Part shown: positions 43,521-53,899 of the stretch, piece by piece | Layout of the letters: each line of letters starts with the position of its first letter | Position numbering within the stretch: the first letter of the stretch is position 1 | Virus record (IMG/VR): IMGVR_UViG_3300048893_000079 | Span: 1 to 64,000 of that record | Direction: 5' to 3' (one strand) | Source of the DNA: a virus | Lineage: Duplodnaviria; Caudoviricetes | Length of the DNA stretch: 64,000 nucleotides | Notes under the pieces: generated by a model | The model's database searches: none | What the model was told of the DNA's origin: nothing | Seen by the model: only the letters and a program-made list of their open reading frames with translations | Made by a program: the position numbers and the translations under genes

Positions 43521-43524
43521 GACG

Positions 43525-44403
43525 ATGGTCAAAGTTATCTCCACGGACCTGAACACGCACATCAATCAGGAAGTCACCACCATCGCGCGTTGCTGGAAGA
43601 TCGTCCGCATGGACGGAACGCAGTTCTTCTTCACGTCGCATGACGCGCCGCTGATCGTGGACGGTGACACGTACATCTCGTCCGCTGGCTTCTCGAATTC
43701 GGCCATCGAGAACAAGTCCGATCTCTCGGTGGACAACCAAGACATTCAGGGCGTGTTCGATGATGACTCGATCACGCTCTTCGATCTTCGTGCTGGCGCC
43801 TTCGACTATGCCGACATCTTCATCTTCGTTGTGAACTGGCAGGACACGTCTCAGGGTCCGCTCAAGATGCGTCGTGGCAAGCTCGGCGAATGCATCTCGT
43901 CTCCGCAGGGATGGTTCACCGTCGAGCTTCGAGGCATGACGCAGTTGCTCCAGCAGCAGATCGTCGAACTGTATGGCCCGGTGTGCCGTGCCGACTTGTT
44001 CGATAGCCGCTGCGCGCTCGATAAGACGAACTACGTCACGCTTGGTCATGTGTCGGTCGTCACCGATCAGACGCACATCACTGTCGTGCTCGATACGTTG
44101 AGCGGCATCTACACCGCGAGCGATGCTTGGTTCAAGTACGGCGCGCTGCAATACCTCACCGGTCAGAACACCGGCAAGGCTGTCGAGGTCAAGACGTGGA
44201 ACCACACGGCTAACACGTTCGAGTTCTACGTTCCGGCCGGATACCCGATCACGGTCGGCGATACGTTCCAAGTCATCCCCGGTTGCGATAAGACGCGCGA
44301 CACGTGCAAGAATGTCTTCAACAACATTTTGAACATGCGCGCCGAGCCCGATCTTCCGGGCAACGATCAGGCGTTCATCTATCCTGACATCGGGAGCGGC
44401 TAA
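43525..44403 (+). CDS. baseplate hub protein (DUF2163/BR0599, GTA-like)
   Basis: CW.I.R.DG...FTSHD; CRA.LFD.RC; GCDK...TC...FNN. Confidence 0.9.
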   Translation: MVKVISTDLNTHINQEVTTIARCWKIVRMDGTQFFFTSHDAPLIVDGDTYISSAGFSNSAIENKSDLSVDNQDIQGVFDDDSITLFDLRAGAFDYADIFIFVVNWQDTSQGPLKMRRGKLGECISSPQGWFTVELRGMTQLLQQQIVELYGPVCRADLFDSRCALDKTNYVTLGHVSVVTDQTHITVVLDTLSGIYTASDAWFKYGALQYLTGQNTGKAVEVKTWNHTANTFEFYVPAGYPITVGDTFQVIPGCDKTRDTCKNVFNNILNMRAEPDLPGNDQAFIYPDIGSG

Positions 44404-44846
44404 TGGGCGAACCCAACAAGACCGTCACCGCAGCCGAGTTCGTGGCGAAGGCCCGCGAAGCTCTTGGCACGCCATGGCATCACCAGGGCCGCGTCGTTCC
44501 TATCGGCGTGGACTGCGTTGGCCTGCTGCTGTGGACGCTGCGCCAGTTGGACATCAACCATTACGAGCCGCCGCCGTATCCGCGCACGGCGCAGTGGGGC
44601 CAGTTCATCGGATACTTCCGAGCGCATCTGATCGAAGTGCCGATCACCGATCTCAAGGTCGGAGACGTGCTGATCTTCCGTCAGAGCGTGTATCCCTGTC
44701 ACTGTGGTATTGTTACCGAAGTGGGTGACAGCCCGCGCTTCATCCATTCGTACCTTCTGCGCAAGAAGGTGGTCGAGGAACGCCTCGACAAGAATTTGTG
44801 GATGCCGGTTGTTGTCACCGCGTTTCGAGTGCCTGGAGTCGTCTAA
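44403..44846 (+). CDS. tail-tip NlpC/P60 cell wall peptidase
   Basis: LGTPWHHQGR...GVDCVGL...HCGI...FIHS. Confidence 0.92.
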   Translation: MGEPNKTVTAAEFVAKAREALGTPWHHQGRVVPIGVDCVGLLLWTLRQLDINHYEPPPYPRTAQWGQFIGYFRAHLIEVPITDLKVGDVLIFRQSVYPCHCGIVTEVGDSPRFIHSYLLRKKVVEERLDKNLWMPVVVTAFRVPGVV

Positions 44847-47800
44847 TGGCTTTGCTTGTTGCCGTTGCTGGAGGGATCGTCGGCTCGCTTTTCGGGATGC
44901 CGCAGCTTGGCTTTTTGGCAGGCTCGATTCTCGGCTCGATGATCTTCAGCGGCGGCTCGAAGGGCGGCCCGAAGCTGAAGGACTTGCACGTCACCGGCTC
45001 GACGTACGGTGCGGCCATTCAATGGCTGTGGGGCACCGCGCGCATCGGCGGAAACATCATCTGGACGTACGTCCTCAAGCAGCACGCGCATCACGGCGGT
45101 GGTAAGGGCGGACCCGCGACGTACACGTACTCGTGGACCGGCGCCGTTGGATTGTGCGCGACCGAACAGACCGGTCCGATCAAAAATGTTCTGAAGATTT
45201 GGGCCGACACAAAATTGGTCTATGACGCGACCGGCGAGTCCGGCATCAGCAAGAGCATCCCCGGCTCCGGTGGCGGCGGCAAGGGTGGTGGCCATCACGG
45301 CACCGGCTCGGCCGTGGTCAACGGCGGCATCACATCGGCGTACAACAAGCTCGGTCACTTCCGCGTCTACCTCGGCACGCAGGATCAGATGCCGGACCCG
45401 GCGTACGAAACTCTCGTTGGCGCGTCCAATGCGACCGCCAATCGCGGCATGGCTTACATCGTGTTCGACGATGTGAACATCGACCCGTACGGCAATCGCG
45501 TTCCGAACTGGACGTTCCAAGTCGCCGGTCCTGGCACCGATGCGCCGCTGACGCAGAACGCGTTCAAGTTCAACTTCGATGGATCGCTCGGCGGCACACC
45601 GGACGACTTCGCTTTCGCGATTGATACGTTCCGTCAGCGCGTCTACTTCATGTCGCTCGGCGGTTCCGGCTCGACCACGACCGGCATCTACGCGATGGAC
45701 CTCAAGACCGGCAACCAAGTGATGGCCTCGTCGTGGGCGCGCACGTTTGCGCCGCTCGATCCGTTGGGCCTTGGCCTGAACGGCGCGCTGGCCAACGAAG
45801 GTCCGATTGTCGCCGATGACGGCTTCCTGTGGATTTGGGGCGGCGGTGGCAACTACGGTTCGTGGGTGAAGATTGACCCGGACACGTTGCTCGCTATCGG
45901 GCACATTGGTACACCAAACCCGTTCACGCCGATCCACGGCACGACCACGTTCGCGCATGGTGTGGTTCCGCTCGTCCTCGGCAACACGAACTGTATGTTC
46001 GTTCCCGGCACGGTCTTTCATGACCTCACGCTGCTCACGCTCGACGGCATGGATGCTATCGGCACGGGCACGTATGCCGAGGATGACTTCCGCGTCTGCG
46101 GCGGCAACCAAGTCAGTAGCGGTGAAGCCGACATCTGGGCCGTTGCTACTCCGGCGTTCCCGTCCACGAACTCGCTCAAGATTTATCACATCCCGGCCAG
46201 CCTAAGTCTGACAACGATTGTTCCATCGTTGGTCGGCAGCGTGGCGCCGTCCGACATCGACCCGTCGTGGACAACATGGGATAACGTGTCGGGTGTTCAG
46301 TTCGATGCGACGGACGGCAACATCATGTTCTTCGTCAAAGCGAACAACAGCGTCACCGGTCCCAAACAATATCTCGTCAAAGTCAACACATTGACTGCCG
46401 CAGTGATGTGGAAGTCCGGTTATGAAAATACGCCGGGTAGCAGCGAGAACCTTCCCCAGACTGTCTTCTCGTCGTACCAGTCCATCGTCACGACCGGAAC
46501 GTATTCGGTGATCGACAACCATCACAATGTCTGGACTTTCACCACGCAAGACGGCACGTCGGTTAAGAACCTTTGGGTCGGCAACCTCTCGGCGGGCACG
46601 CAAGCGTGGGCCGATCCGTACGGCGCCATCCTGTTCTTCGGTGACGACAATCAGATCACGCCGGTTCCGCTGGTGAGCAACTGGGGCGTCATTGTCACCA
46701 ATCAAGCGGCCAATGGCACGGAGCTTATGAAGATCGTGGCCGACATTTGCCACGCGGTCGGCTATGTCGATGCCGACATTGACGTGTCTACGCTCACCGA
46801 TGATGTGCCGGGGTATATCCTCGACTCGCAGATGAACGCGAAGGACGGCATCTTGCCGCTTGCGCTCGCATATCTTTTCGACGGCGTGGAAAGCGATTAC
46901 ATCTTGAAGTTCGTCAAGCGCGGCGGCGCGAGCATCGCGACGATCCCGTCCACCGATCTTGCGTACCTCGACAAAAAGCTCAATATGATCGTCAACGAGA
47001 CGCGCTTGCAGGAAGTCGATTTGCCGAACCAGATCGAGATCAACTTCCTCGACCCGAATCACAACTATCAGCAGGCGACGCAGTATGCGCGTCGTCCGGC
47101 GTTCCCGTATCCGACGATGTTCTCCAAGGCTGCGCACACAGAGAACTTGCCGCTGGTGCAAGAGCCGGGCTTCATGAAGCAGTTGGCCGAGAAGCTGCTC
47201 TTCACGTCCTGGATCGAGCGCGTGTCGTACAAGGTCACTCTGCCGTGGCAGTATCTCATTTACGATCCGACCGACGTGCTGACGCTGTTCCTCACCGATG
47301 ACTCGTCGAACATCGTGCGCATGTCCACCGTGAACATCGGTGCCGACTATTCGATGCAGTGGGAAGCTCTCTCGCAGAGCACCCAGACGTACGCGTCCAC
47401 TGCGACCGCGAGCGGCGGCGATGGCTTCATCCAGCAGACCCTTGGTCCTTCGGCCGCGACGCGTCTCTTCCTGCTCGACATCCCGCTGTTGCGCGACACG
47501 GACGACACCGGTCAAAGCTTCACGATTCTGTACGACACTGCGGCCGGTTACTCGACGCCGTGGGCTGGCGCATTCATCGCCGAGTCCCCGGACGAACTCA
47601 CATGGACCGACGAACCGGTTATCCAGACGGCGAATGCTGCGATCTTCGGTGTCGCAGTCAATGCGCTCGGCGACGTGGCCAATCCGTGGATCGTGGACAA
47701 TACCAATACGCTCACCGTCAATATGTCGAACAACGGCGGCGCCAGCTTGGCCAACGCAACGCTGCTCGAAGTCTGCAACGGTGCGAACGTCGCGGTGCTC

Positions 47801-48454
47801 TACAATACCGTGACCGGTGAGATCGAGATCATCCAGTGGATGACCGTTACGGCGAACATGGACGGCAGCTACACGCTGTCCGGGTTGCTGCGTGGCCGTC
47901 GCGGCACCGATGTCTACACCGGTTCGCATGCGGTCGGCGATGTCTTCATTCTCTGCACCACGACCACGCTGTCGTCGATCAAGATGGCTCTGTCCGATCT
48001 CAATGTGGTTCGCCACTTCCGCGCGACTACGCAAGGCACGCTGACGGAAGACGCGCCGGTCAAAGACTTCACCGATACCGGCCGTGCGTTGCAGCCCTAT
48101 CAGCCTGCGCAGCAGACGGCCACGCTGTCCGGCTCCGACATTCAATTGCACTGGGTCCGCCGCACGCGTGTTGGTGGCGAGTTGCGCGACCTCACCGGGG
48201 ACGTGCCGCTTTCCGAGCAAAGCGAGGCTTATCAAGTGGATATTTACAACGCCGGGGGCACCGCCATTGTCCGTAGCGTGGGTGTGAGCTATCCTACTTC
48301 CCCGGAGCCTAATCCTGGGTTCCTCTATACGGCGGCAATGATTACGGCGGACGGATTTGGTGGCACGCCGACAAGTTTGATCGTGAACATTCGACAAGTC
48401 AGCACCATCATTGGAGCGGGCTTGGGTAAGAAACAAACTCTGACGGTGATGTGA
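44846..48454 (+). CDS. tail tip/host specificity protein (GTA megatron-like)
   Basis: YG..I...WGT.RIGGNIIW; AYRG.AY-like; LLRGRRGT; W.RRTR. Confidence 0.9.
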   Translation: MALLVAVAGGIVGSLFGMPQLGFLAGSILGSMIFSGGSKGGPKLKDLHVTGSTYGAAIQWLWGTARIGGNIIWTYVLKQHAHHGGGKGGPATYTYSWTGAVGLCATEQTGPIKNVLKIWADTKLVYDATGESGISKSIPGSGGGGKGGGHHGTGSAVVNGGITSAYNKLGHFRVYLGTQDQMPDPAYETLVGASNATANRGMAYIVFDDVNIDPYGNRVPNWTFQVAGPGTDAPLTQNAFKFNFDGSLGGTPDDFAFAIDTFRQRVYFMSLGGSGSTTTGIYAMDLKTGNQVMASSWARTFAPLDPLGLGLNGALANEGPIVADDGFLWIWGGGGNYGSWVKIDPDTLLAIGHIGTPNPFTPIHGTTTFAHGVVPLVLGNTNCMFVPGTVFHDLTLLTLDGMDAIGTGTYAEDDFRVCGGNQVSSGEADIWAVATPAFPSTNSLKIYHIPASLSLTTIVPSLVGSVAPSDIDPSWTTWDNVSGVQFDATDGNIMFFVKANNSVTGPKQYLVKVNTLTAAVMWKSGYENTPGSSENLPQTVFSSYQSIVTTGTYSVIDNHHNVWTFTTQDGTSVKNLWVGNLSAGTQAWADPYGAILFFGDDNQITPVPLVSNWGVIVTNQAANGTELMKIVADICHAVGYVDADIDVSTLTDDVPGYILDSQMNAKDGILPLALAYLFDGVESDYILKFVKRGGASIATIPSTDLAYLDKKLNMIVNETRLQEVDLPNQIEINFLDPNHNYQQATQYARRPAFPYPTMFSKAAHTENLPLVQEPGFMKQLAEKLLFTSWIERVSYKVTLPWQYLIYDPTDVLTLFLTDDSSNIVRMSTVNIGADYSMQWEALSQSTQTYASTATASGGDGFIQQTLGPSAATRLFLLDIPLLRDTDDTGQSFTILYDTAAGYSTPWAGAFIAESPDELTWTDEPVIQTANAAIFGVAVNALGDVANPWIVDNTNTLTVNMSNNGGASLANATLLEVCNGANVAVLYNTVTGEIEIIQWMTVTANMDGSYTLSGLLRGRRGTDVYTGSHAVGDVFILCTTTTLSSIKMALSDLNVVRHFRATTQGTLTEDAPVKDFTDTGRALQPYQPAQQTATLSGSDIQLHWVRRTRVGGELRDLTGDVPLSEQSEAYQVDIYNAGGTAIVRSVGVSYPTSPEPNPGFLYTAAMITADGFGGTPTSLIVNIRQVSTIIGAGLGKKQTLTVM

Positions 48455-49161
48455 TGACGGACAATCTCTCCCTGCCTACGGTGGCCGCGTCCCAGACGCA
48501 AAAGGAAGTCACGATCAACGCGGCGACGCAGCAGTTGTCGGCCGTGGTTGCGGACTGGTTGGACATCGACATGACTTCTGCCGGTCACACGCTGTCGGCC
48601 GCCGAGTTCACAGGATACGCCGGGTTCAAGACCACGAACAATTCCGTCTCGCGCACGCTGACGATTCCGGCGACGAAGCGCGCGCTGTTCTTCGTCAACA
48701 ATACCGGATCGGCCACGCTGTCTATCGCGGTCGGCTCGACCACTCTGACACTGGCCACCGGCAGCATCGCGCTGTTCCAAACGGACGGCACGACGAACAA
48801 CCTCACGTCCGTGATCTTCTCGGCACCCGGCCAGGAAGTGGACATCGGATTCGTCTACAGCGGATTGCCGCTGAACGGGCAGACCATCAACTATCCGATG
48901 AATCAAGCTCTGACTCTGAAGAGCGGGTTGACCGGCTCGAACTTCAGCGTCGGCACGAACCCGGCATCGACCGCGACGTACACGCTGAAGAAGAACGGAT
49001 CGAGCATCGGCACGATTGCGATCTCGACCGGTGGCGTCTTCACCCCGACGTTTGGTTCCGACGTGTCGTTCGCGGCGGGTGACATTTTCAACATCATTGC
49101 TCCGAGCCCGCAGGATACGAATCTTGCGGATGTCGGACTGAACTTCAAGTTCACGAAATAA
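48454..49161 (+). CDS. tail fibre/adaptor (DUF2793-like N-terminus)
   Basis: T.NL.LP......Q.QKEVT.N.A. Confidence 0.8.
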   Translation: MTDNLSLPTVAASQTQKEVTINAATQQLSAVVADWLDIDMTSAGHTLSAAEFTGYAGFKTTNNSVSRTLTIPATKRALFFVNNTGSATLSIAVGSTTLTLATGSIALFQTDGTTNNLTSVIFSAPGQEVDIGFVYSGLPLNGQTINYPMNQALTLKSGLTGSNFSVGTNPASTATYTLKKNGSSIGTIAISTGGVFTPTFGSDVSFAAGDIFNIIAPSPQDTNLADVGLNFKFTK

Positions 49162-49173
49162 GAGGACCATCCA

Positions 49174-49614
49174 ATGACCACCAAGCCCGTCATGTCTGTC
49201 GTCGCGACGAAAGCCGCGCTCGACGCTGCCACGGCCCTCGTCAACACGGGTGGCACCGGCAGCTTGTTCATTCGCTCCGGCGCGCAGGAAGCGACCACGC
49301 TGACGGCCGATGCCGGTACGCTTGGTGCGACGCTGCCGATGTCGGCCACTGCGTTCCCGGCCTCTACCAGCGGCACGTCGGACGGACTTATCACGGCCAC
49401 GGCGAACGCGATCACGTCGGATACCAATGCTGCGGCTTCGATCACGGCCGCTCACTTCCGCATCAAGAACGGTGCGGGCACTGTGATCTTCCAGGGCAAC
49501 GTCGGTACGTCGGGTGCTGACTTGAACTTGAACACCACGACCATCACGGCGGGCGACACGGTGTCGATCTCGTCATTCAAAATCACGTTGCCTTGCGGCG
49601 ACGGCGTTTCATAA
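49174..49614 (+). CDS. virion structural protein
   Basis: GAGG RBS; G.VGTSGADL.L.TT.I..G motif. Confidence 0.8.
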   Translation: MTTKPVMSVVATKAALDAATALVNTGGTGSLFIRSGAQEATTLTADAGTLGATLPMSATAFPASTSGTSDGLITATANAITSDTNAAASITAAHFRIKNGAGTVIFQGNVGTSGADLNLNTTTITAGDTVSISSFKITLPCGDGVS

Positions 49615-49628
49615 GCGAGGAGAGAACC

Positions 49629-49841
49629 ATGGCAGACCCCCAGACACATCTTGTTGGCATCGTTGTGCGCAAGGACGGAACGGTTCCGTTCGACCACGAC
49701 TGCCATCCTGAAGTCCGTAAGCACATCATCGCGTATCTCGCCGACAACGGTCACACTCTTGTGCCGGTCGATGGGACGAACCATGTGCGCATTCACGGAT
49801 GGAAGCAGGGCATGGCAATCGAAAAGCCTAAGAAGGCTTAA
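49629..49841 (+). CDS. small hypothetical protein
   Basis: GAGGAG RBS. Confidence 0.7.
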   Translation: MADPQTHLVGIVVRKDGTVPFDHDCHPEVRKHIIAYLADNGHTLVPVDGTNHVRIHGWKQGMAIEKPKKA

Positions 49842-49846
49842 ACGTC

Positions 49847-51325
49847 GTGACCGGTCCTTCAATCGTCGGAGCATCAACAGCCAGCGGCAGCGGCAGCGGA
49901 ACCGGTCTCACGACCAGTAAGACGCTCGGCCAAACGCCGACGGCTGGCAATTTGCTGATCGCTGCGATCTTCACGGGTGCCGGTGTTTCGCCCACGACAT
50001 TGACTATTAACTCTCCAAGCTGGAAACCGCTGGAGCGTTCTGTCAGCGATCTCGACACCAACCAAGTCATCACGATCCTGTATCGCTACGTGCAAGGCGG
50101 CGACACTTCCACGTTGCCTGCGTTCTGCACGGCGGGCTCGGCATTCCATGCGTGGACGGTTGTTGAGATTACCGGCGTCAACGGCAGCATCGCCAACGAC
50201 TATCAAAGCTCGCGCTACAAGCATAGCAGCGCGGGTGTCTCGTCCATGGCTATTCCGAAGGACACCACGCGTACCGCGAACTGCCTCGCGCTGATCGCAT
50301 TCGGAAAGTACAACGCTTCGGCCAACGCGACTCTCGATGCGGCGTGGACCGCCGATGTGAACACGAACAATTCAGGCAACTACGGTTCGTTCGGGTTCGG
50401 ACATCAAGCCGTGTCTTCGGCCGACACTGACATCTCCGCGACGAACTCGTTCCAAGCTGGCGGCAACCCGACCGGTATGGTGACGATCATTCTGAACGGA
50501 GCCGGAGCCGCACCGACGAAGCCGTACCTCGTGCGCTATCGTTCGAAGCAGTCTGCCTCGGCTGGCTTCCCTGGCACTGTGCAGTTCGGCGGAGCGCCGT
50601 TGAGCGGCCACAGCCTTGTGACTGCGCTCTCGTGGCAGGACGGCAGCGCGGCCGATCCCACAATTGGCGGAAGCTGGAGCACCTATCTGTCCGTCACGCA
50701 GGGCGCCCATCACCAGATGTTCGGCCTCGACCGCGATGTGAGCGGCGACACGGACATCCTCGCGGCCATCGCCACGGCTGGCACTGCCTTCTGGGCGTCG
50801 ATCACCGCCGAGATTGGTGGCATGACCGGCGTGTTCGCCACGGATCACTTGAACGACAAGTCCGGCTCTGAATCGTCTGCGTCCACTGTCACCACCACAT
50901 CCGATACCACGTCGGGTGCGAACCAAATGACGTTGACGTTCGCGTCTGAATACAATACCAGCACGAACTTGTCGGAGACCGGTGCGCTGTACGATGAAAC
51001 GAACTCGGTCGCGTCTTCGGCAACGTACGGTGCATTCTCGCTCGCGTTCGATTTCCACGCGTCCGGTGGTGGCACCAATCAAACTGTGTGGACGAAGGCG
51101 AGCAGCAGCGACAAATTCGTCTACATTCAATCGCGCTTTGGCGCAGGATCGGCTACGGAAACCGGAACGGCTGTTATGCCCTTCGCTGGTATCGCTATCA
51201 ATGGTGCAGCGTCCGGCGCGCATGCGGGCTCCGCAGGCATGGCCTTCGGCGGTATCGGCATCGTGTCGGCCGGTCAGCGCGTGCAGCATCCGCCGGTCGT
51301 CAATATCGTGGTTGTTGGCCCGTAA
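49847..51325 (+). CDS. tail-associated receptor-binding protein with two tandem related domains
   Basis: Ser/Thr/Ala-rich; ...GNLLIAAI / ...GHSLVTAL repeats. Confidence 0.75.
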   Translation: MTGPSIVGASTASGSGSGTGLTTSKTLGQTPTAGNLLIAAIFTGAGVSPTTLTINSPSWKPLERSVSDLDTNQVITILYRYVQGGDTSTLPAFCTAGSAFHAWTVVEITGVNGSIANDYQSSRYKHSSAGVSSMAIPKDTTRTANCLALIAFGKYNASANATLDAAWTADVNTNNSGNYGSFGFGHQAVSSADTDISATNSFQAGGNPTGMVTIILNGAGAAPTKPYLVRYRSKQSASAGFPGTVQFGGAPLSGHSLVTALSWQDGSAADPTIGGSWSTYLSVTQGAHHQMFGLDRDVSGDTDILAAIATAGTAFWASITAEIGGMTGVFATDHLNDKSGSESSASTVTTTSDTTSGANQMTLTFASEYNTSTNLSETGALYDETNSVASSATYGAFSLAFDFHASGGGTNQTVWTKASSSDKFVYIQSRFGAGSATETGTAVMPFAGIAINGAASGAHAGSAGMAFGGIGIVSAGQRVQHPPVVNIVVVGP

Positions 51326-51389
51326 ACAGCGGGGTTTGCCAGCCCTACGGGGCCGGGGTAAACTGAGGGCTCATTTGGAGGAGGTTCCA

Positions 51390-51656
51390 ATGAACCCTAT
51401 TGTCGCTGTTATCGTGTGGCTGTGGCTCGTCAACGGGCACACCACTGCCGTCATCATTCCTCTTCCGGCCGGTGTGTCGTGTGAGCGTGGCGTCGCGGTC
51501 GAGCATAAGATTCTTGATGCCAAGCACAAAGAGCTTGGTATCGCTGCTGCGGTTATTGACTGTCAAACTCAGGCGGGTCCGACGCGCAACGATAGCGATG
51601 CAAAGCCGGTCGATCCGGCGCCGCATGGTGTCCACCAGGATGACGGAAGCATCTAA
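51390..51656 (+). CDS. small exported/membrane protein
   Basis: GGAGGAGG RBS; hydrophobic N-terminus; two Cys. Confidence 0.7.
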   Translation: MNPIVAVIVWLWLVNGHTTAVIIPLPAGVSCERGVAVEHKILDAKHKELGIAAAVIDCQTQAGPTRNDSDAKPVDPAPHGVHQDDGSI

Positions 51657-52009
51657 TGACTGACGCGCCCGCACTGCCCGCAAAGGTGCCGCACGGCATC
51701 GGCAAGTACATCTCGGAAATCTTCCAGGATGTGGACGGCGGCTATAGCATGAAGCGCATGTTGCTCTTCGTGTTCGCGCTGACGTTCCTCGGCGTGACCG
51801 GCTATGTCGTTTGGTACGGCGTCGCGGTTCACACCGGGCAGAAGACGGTCTACTCGATCCCGCAGGAGACGCTAGACTTCCTCAAGACCGTGACCGGCTA
51901 TTGCATGGACGCGATCAAGTGGCTGGCAACTCTCGTGCTCGGTGAGCGTGTCCCGCAGGCCGCCGCAGCTATCCGTGGCAACCAAACTCCGGCAGTCACC
52001 GCGTCATGA
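51656..52009 (+). CDS. holin
   Basis: S.KR motif then TM segments; directly before endolysin. Confidence 0.7.
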   Translation: MTDAPALPAKVPHGIGKYISEIFQDVDGGYSMKRMLLFVFALTFLGVTGYVVWYGVAVHTGQKTVYSIPQETLDFLKTVTGYCMDAIKWLATLVLGERVPQAAAAIRGNQTPAVTAS

Positions 52010-52752
52010 GCAACATCTTCCAGGACATCGCGCAGGCCATCGTCGAAGAGATCAACGATGCCTTCATCAAGAAGCAGCCGAGCGTCACTGCGGTTTCGGC
52101 CGGGCACGTCACTGTGCCGGTTCTTCAGCCGCCGTCGTTTGATAGCCCGATCACGCACAAAGACATCCCGCTGCCGATCACGATCCAGCCCGGCGCTTGG
52201 TCGGTTGCATCCATGACAGCCGAGATTCTGAAGTCCGAGGGCGGCCTCGTCGATGACCCGAACGATTCGGGCGGCATCACGAACTACGGCATCAGCTTCC
52301 GCTTCGCGTCGGATCACCCGGAATACTTCGACATCAATCACGACGGAGCCGTGACGGCGGACGACATCCGTAACATCACCGTGCAGCAGGCGGCAAACGC
52401 GTACATCAAATACTTCTACATGCCCGCGCACTTCAACCTCGTGCCGAACGTGGCCAACATCGTCATGCAGCTTTACGACATGGCAGTGAACATGGGCGTC
52501 CGGCTCCGCGATGGTGAGACGAACGCGGTGAAGATCATGCAGCGTGCGATTGGCGCAGTCGATGACGGCGTGCTCGGCCCGTCTACGCTCGCAGCGTTGA
52601 ATGTCGCGCTCAATGCGCAAGGCGCGAATGCAGTCAACGACGCCATCGTCGGCAAACGCATCGCCTTCTACAAATCTCTCGCGGCCAACAATCCACAGGA
52701 CAAGAAGTTCCTGGTGGGTTGGGTGAACCGTGCAACCAAGTACAGTCTGTAA
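52006..52752 (+). CDS. endolysin, GH108 + PG_binding_3
   Basis: SEGG..DDP.D.GG.TNYGI; D.AVN.G; DG..GP.TL; F..GW.NR. Confidence 0.92.
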   Translation: MSNIFQDIAQAIVEEINDAFIKKQPSVTAVSAGHVTVPVLQPPSFDSPITHKDIPLPITIQPGAWSVASMTAEILKSEGGLVDDPNDSGGITNYGISFRFASDHPEYFDINHDGAVTADDIRNITVQQAANAYIKYFYMPAHFNLVPNVANIVMQLYDMAVNMGVRLRDGETNAVKIMQRAIGAVDDGVLGPSTLAALNVALNAQGANAVNDAIVGKRIAFYKSLAANNPQDKKFLVGWVNRATKYSL

Positions 52753-52762
52753 GGAGAACGTC

Positions 52763-53257
52763 ATGTTCGGAATCCTCGGTTCGGCCGTTGGTGGCCTCGG
52801 AATTGGAACGTACATCAAGATCGGCCTCGTGGTCGTTCTTGCGCTCGCGCTCGGCGGCCTCTATTGGTACGGCCAGCATGAAGCTGCGGCTGTCGTCGAT
52901 CTCACAAAGCTCAACGGCGCCCAGGCTCAGATCATCGCGGACGATAAGGCGAACATCGACGCGCTCGAAACGGCCAACAAGAATTGGGCCGCAGCGTTCG
53001 CGAAGTATCAGCACGACGTTCAGGCGCAGGCGGACGCATACAAGCTTGCGATCAAACTCAAGGAGAATATCAATGCGAAACTCAATGCAATCGAAGCTCT
53101 GCTTCGTTCGGGAAAGAGTGCTGCCGCTACTGTTTCTCTCAATGCTCTCAACGATCAGCTTGTGTGCCTGCTCGACCACGCCGCCGGAGGGTCACGGGAC
53201 GATTGTCCCATTGCAGCCGCCAGCACGGCCGGTTCTGCCTCGCCCGCCCGTCCTTGA
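52763..53257 (+). CDS. i-spanin (Rz-like)
   Basis: N-terminal TM plus coiled coil after endolysin. Confidence 0.75.
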   Translation: MFGILGSAVGGLGIGTYIKIGLVVVLALALGGLYWYGQHEAAAVVDLTKLNGAQAQIIADDKANIDALETANKNWAAAFAKYQHDVQAQADAYKLAIKLKENINAKLNAIEALLRSGKSAAATVSLNALNDQLVCLLDHAAGGSRDDCPIAAASTAGSASPARP

Positions 53258-53486
53258 CCTGAAGAAATTCCACGTCGAGGTTCAGCCTGCGGTTGCGGGA
53301 AAGCCGCCGCTTGTCACTTTGACCGTGCCGGAGTATCGTTCACTTACTGACGATCTCGGTTCCGTGGCAGTTCGTTTGTGTCAGGACTCGTGGTTGTTGG
53401 ATTATTACGAAGGCAAGAACGACGGAGTTCCACCGGCAAACTTCTGCCAGCTTACGGAGCCAACCCTCGTTCCCAAACACGACTGA
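53118..53486 (+). CDS. o-spanin (Rz1-like lipoprotein), overlapping i-spanin
   Basis: signal peptide with lipobox LCA-C, Pro-rich; start 53118 or 53142. Confidence 0.75.
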   Translation: MLPLLFLSMLSTISLCACSTTPPEGHGTIVPLQPPARPVLPRPPVLDLKKFHVEVQPAVAGKPPLVTLTVPEYRSLTDDLGSVAVRLCQDSWLLDYYEGKNDGVPPANFCQLTEPTLVPKHD

Positions 53487-53504
53487 GAACAAGGGCACAT
53501 TCCT

Positions 53505-53891
53505 ATGACCGGGTTTATCTCCAACGTCGTCAACAATCAGATTGTGAACCCGGTCGGACATACCGCTGCCACAAGCACCGTCGTCTTCTCGCTCTCGACG
53601 TTGCTCGGCGGCTGGAACCTTCAGTCGTTCCTCGGCACCATCGCGCTGATCTTCTCGATCCTGTGGTACGCGCTGACGATCTATGAATCGAAGACGGTGC
53701 AGGGCTTCGTCATCCGCTTCCGCGCGCATCTCGGCCGCACGCTCAAGAACAAGGGCTGGAAGAAGATGGGCCAGCACGTCGCGAAGAACGCGCTCACCGA
53801 TGCGGTTGCCGTGGTCGAGAAGGCCAAGGTCGAAGTCGCAGATGCCAAGGATACAGCAGCCGACGCGGCGCAAGCCGTGCAGAAACCGTAA
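53505..53891 (+). CDS. second holin/antiholin-like membrane protein
   Basis: two TM segments then basic, charged C-terminus. Confidence 0.65.
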   Translation: MTGFISNVVNNQIVNPVGHTAATSTVVFSLSTLLGGWNLQSFLGTIALIFSILWYALTIYESKTVQGFVIRFRAHLGRTLKNKGWKKMGQHVAKNALTDAVAVVEKAKVEVADAKDTAADAAQAVQKP

Positions 53892-53899
53892 GGTGTGTT

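Noticed and set aside
37003-48436. Long antisense ORFs (37003..38283, 39832..41400, 44843..46189, 46202..48436; likewise 1783..2805 and 62970..63995)
   Set aside because: They are mirror frames of GC-rich genes with strong codon bias, with no RBS or motifs.
44846-51325. Diversity-generating retroelement acting on tail fibres
   Set aside because: No reverse transcriptase and no near-identical TR/VR nucleotide pair were seen.
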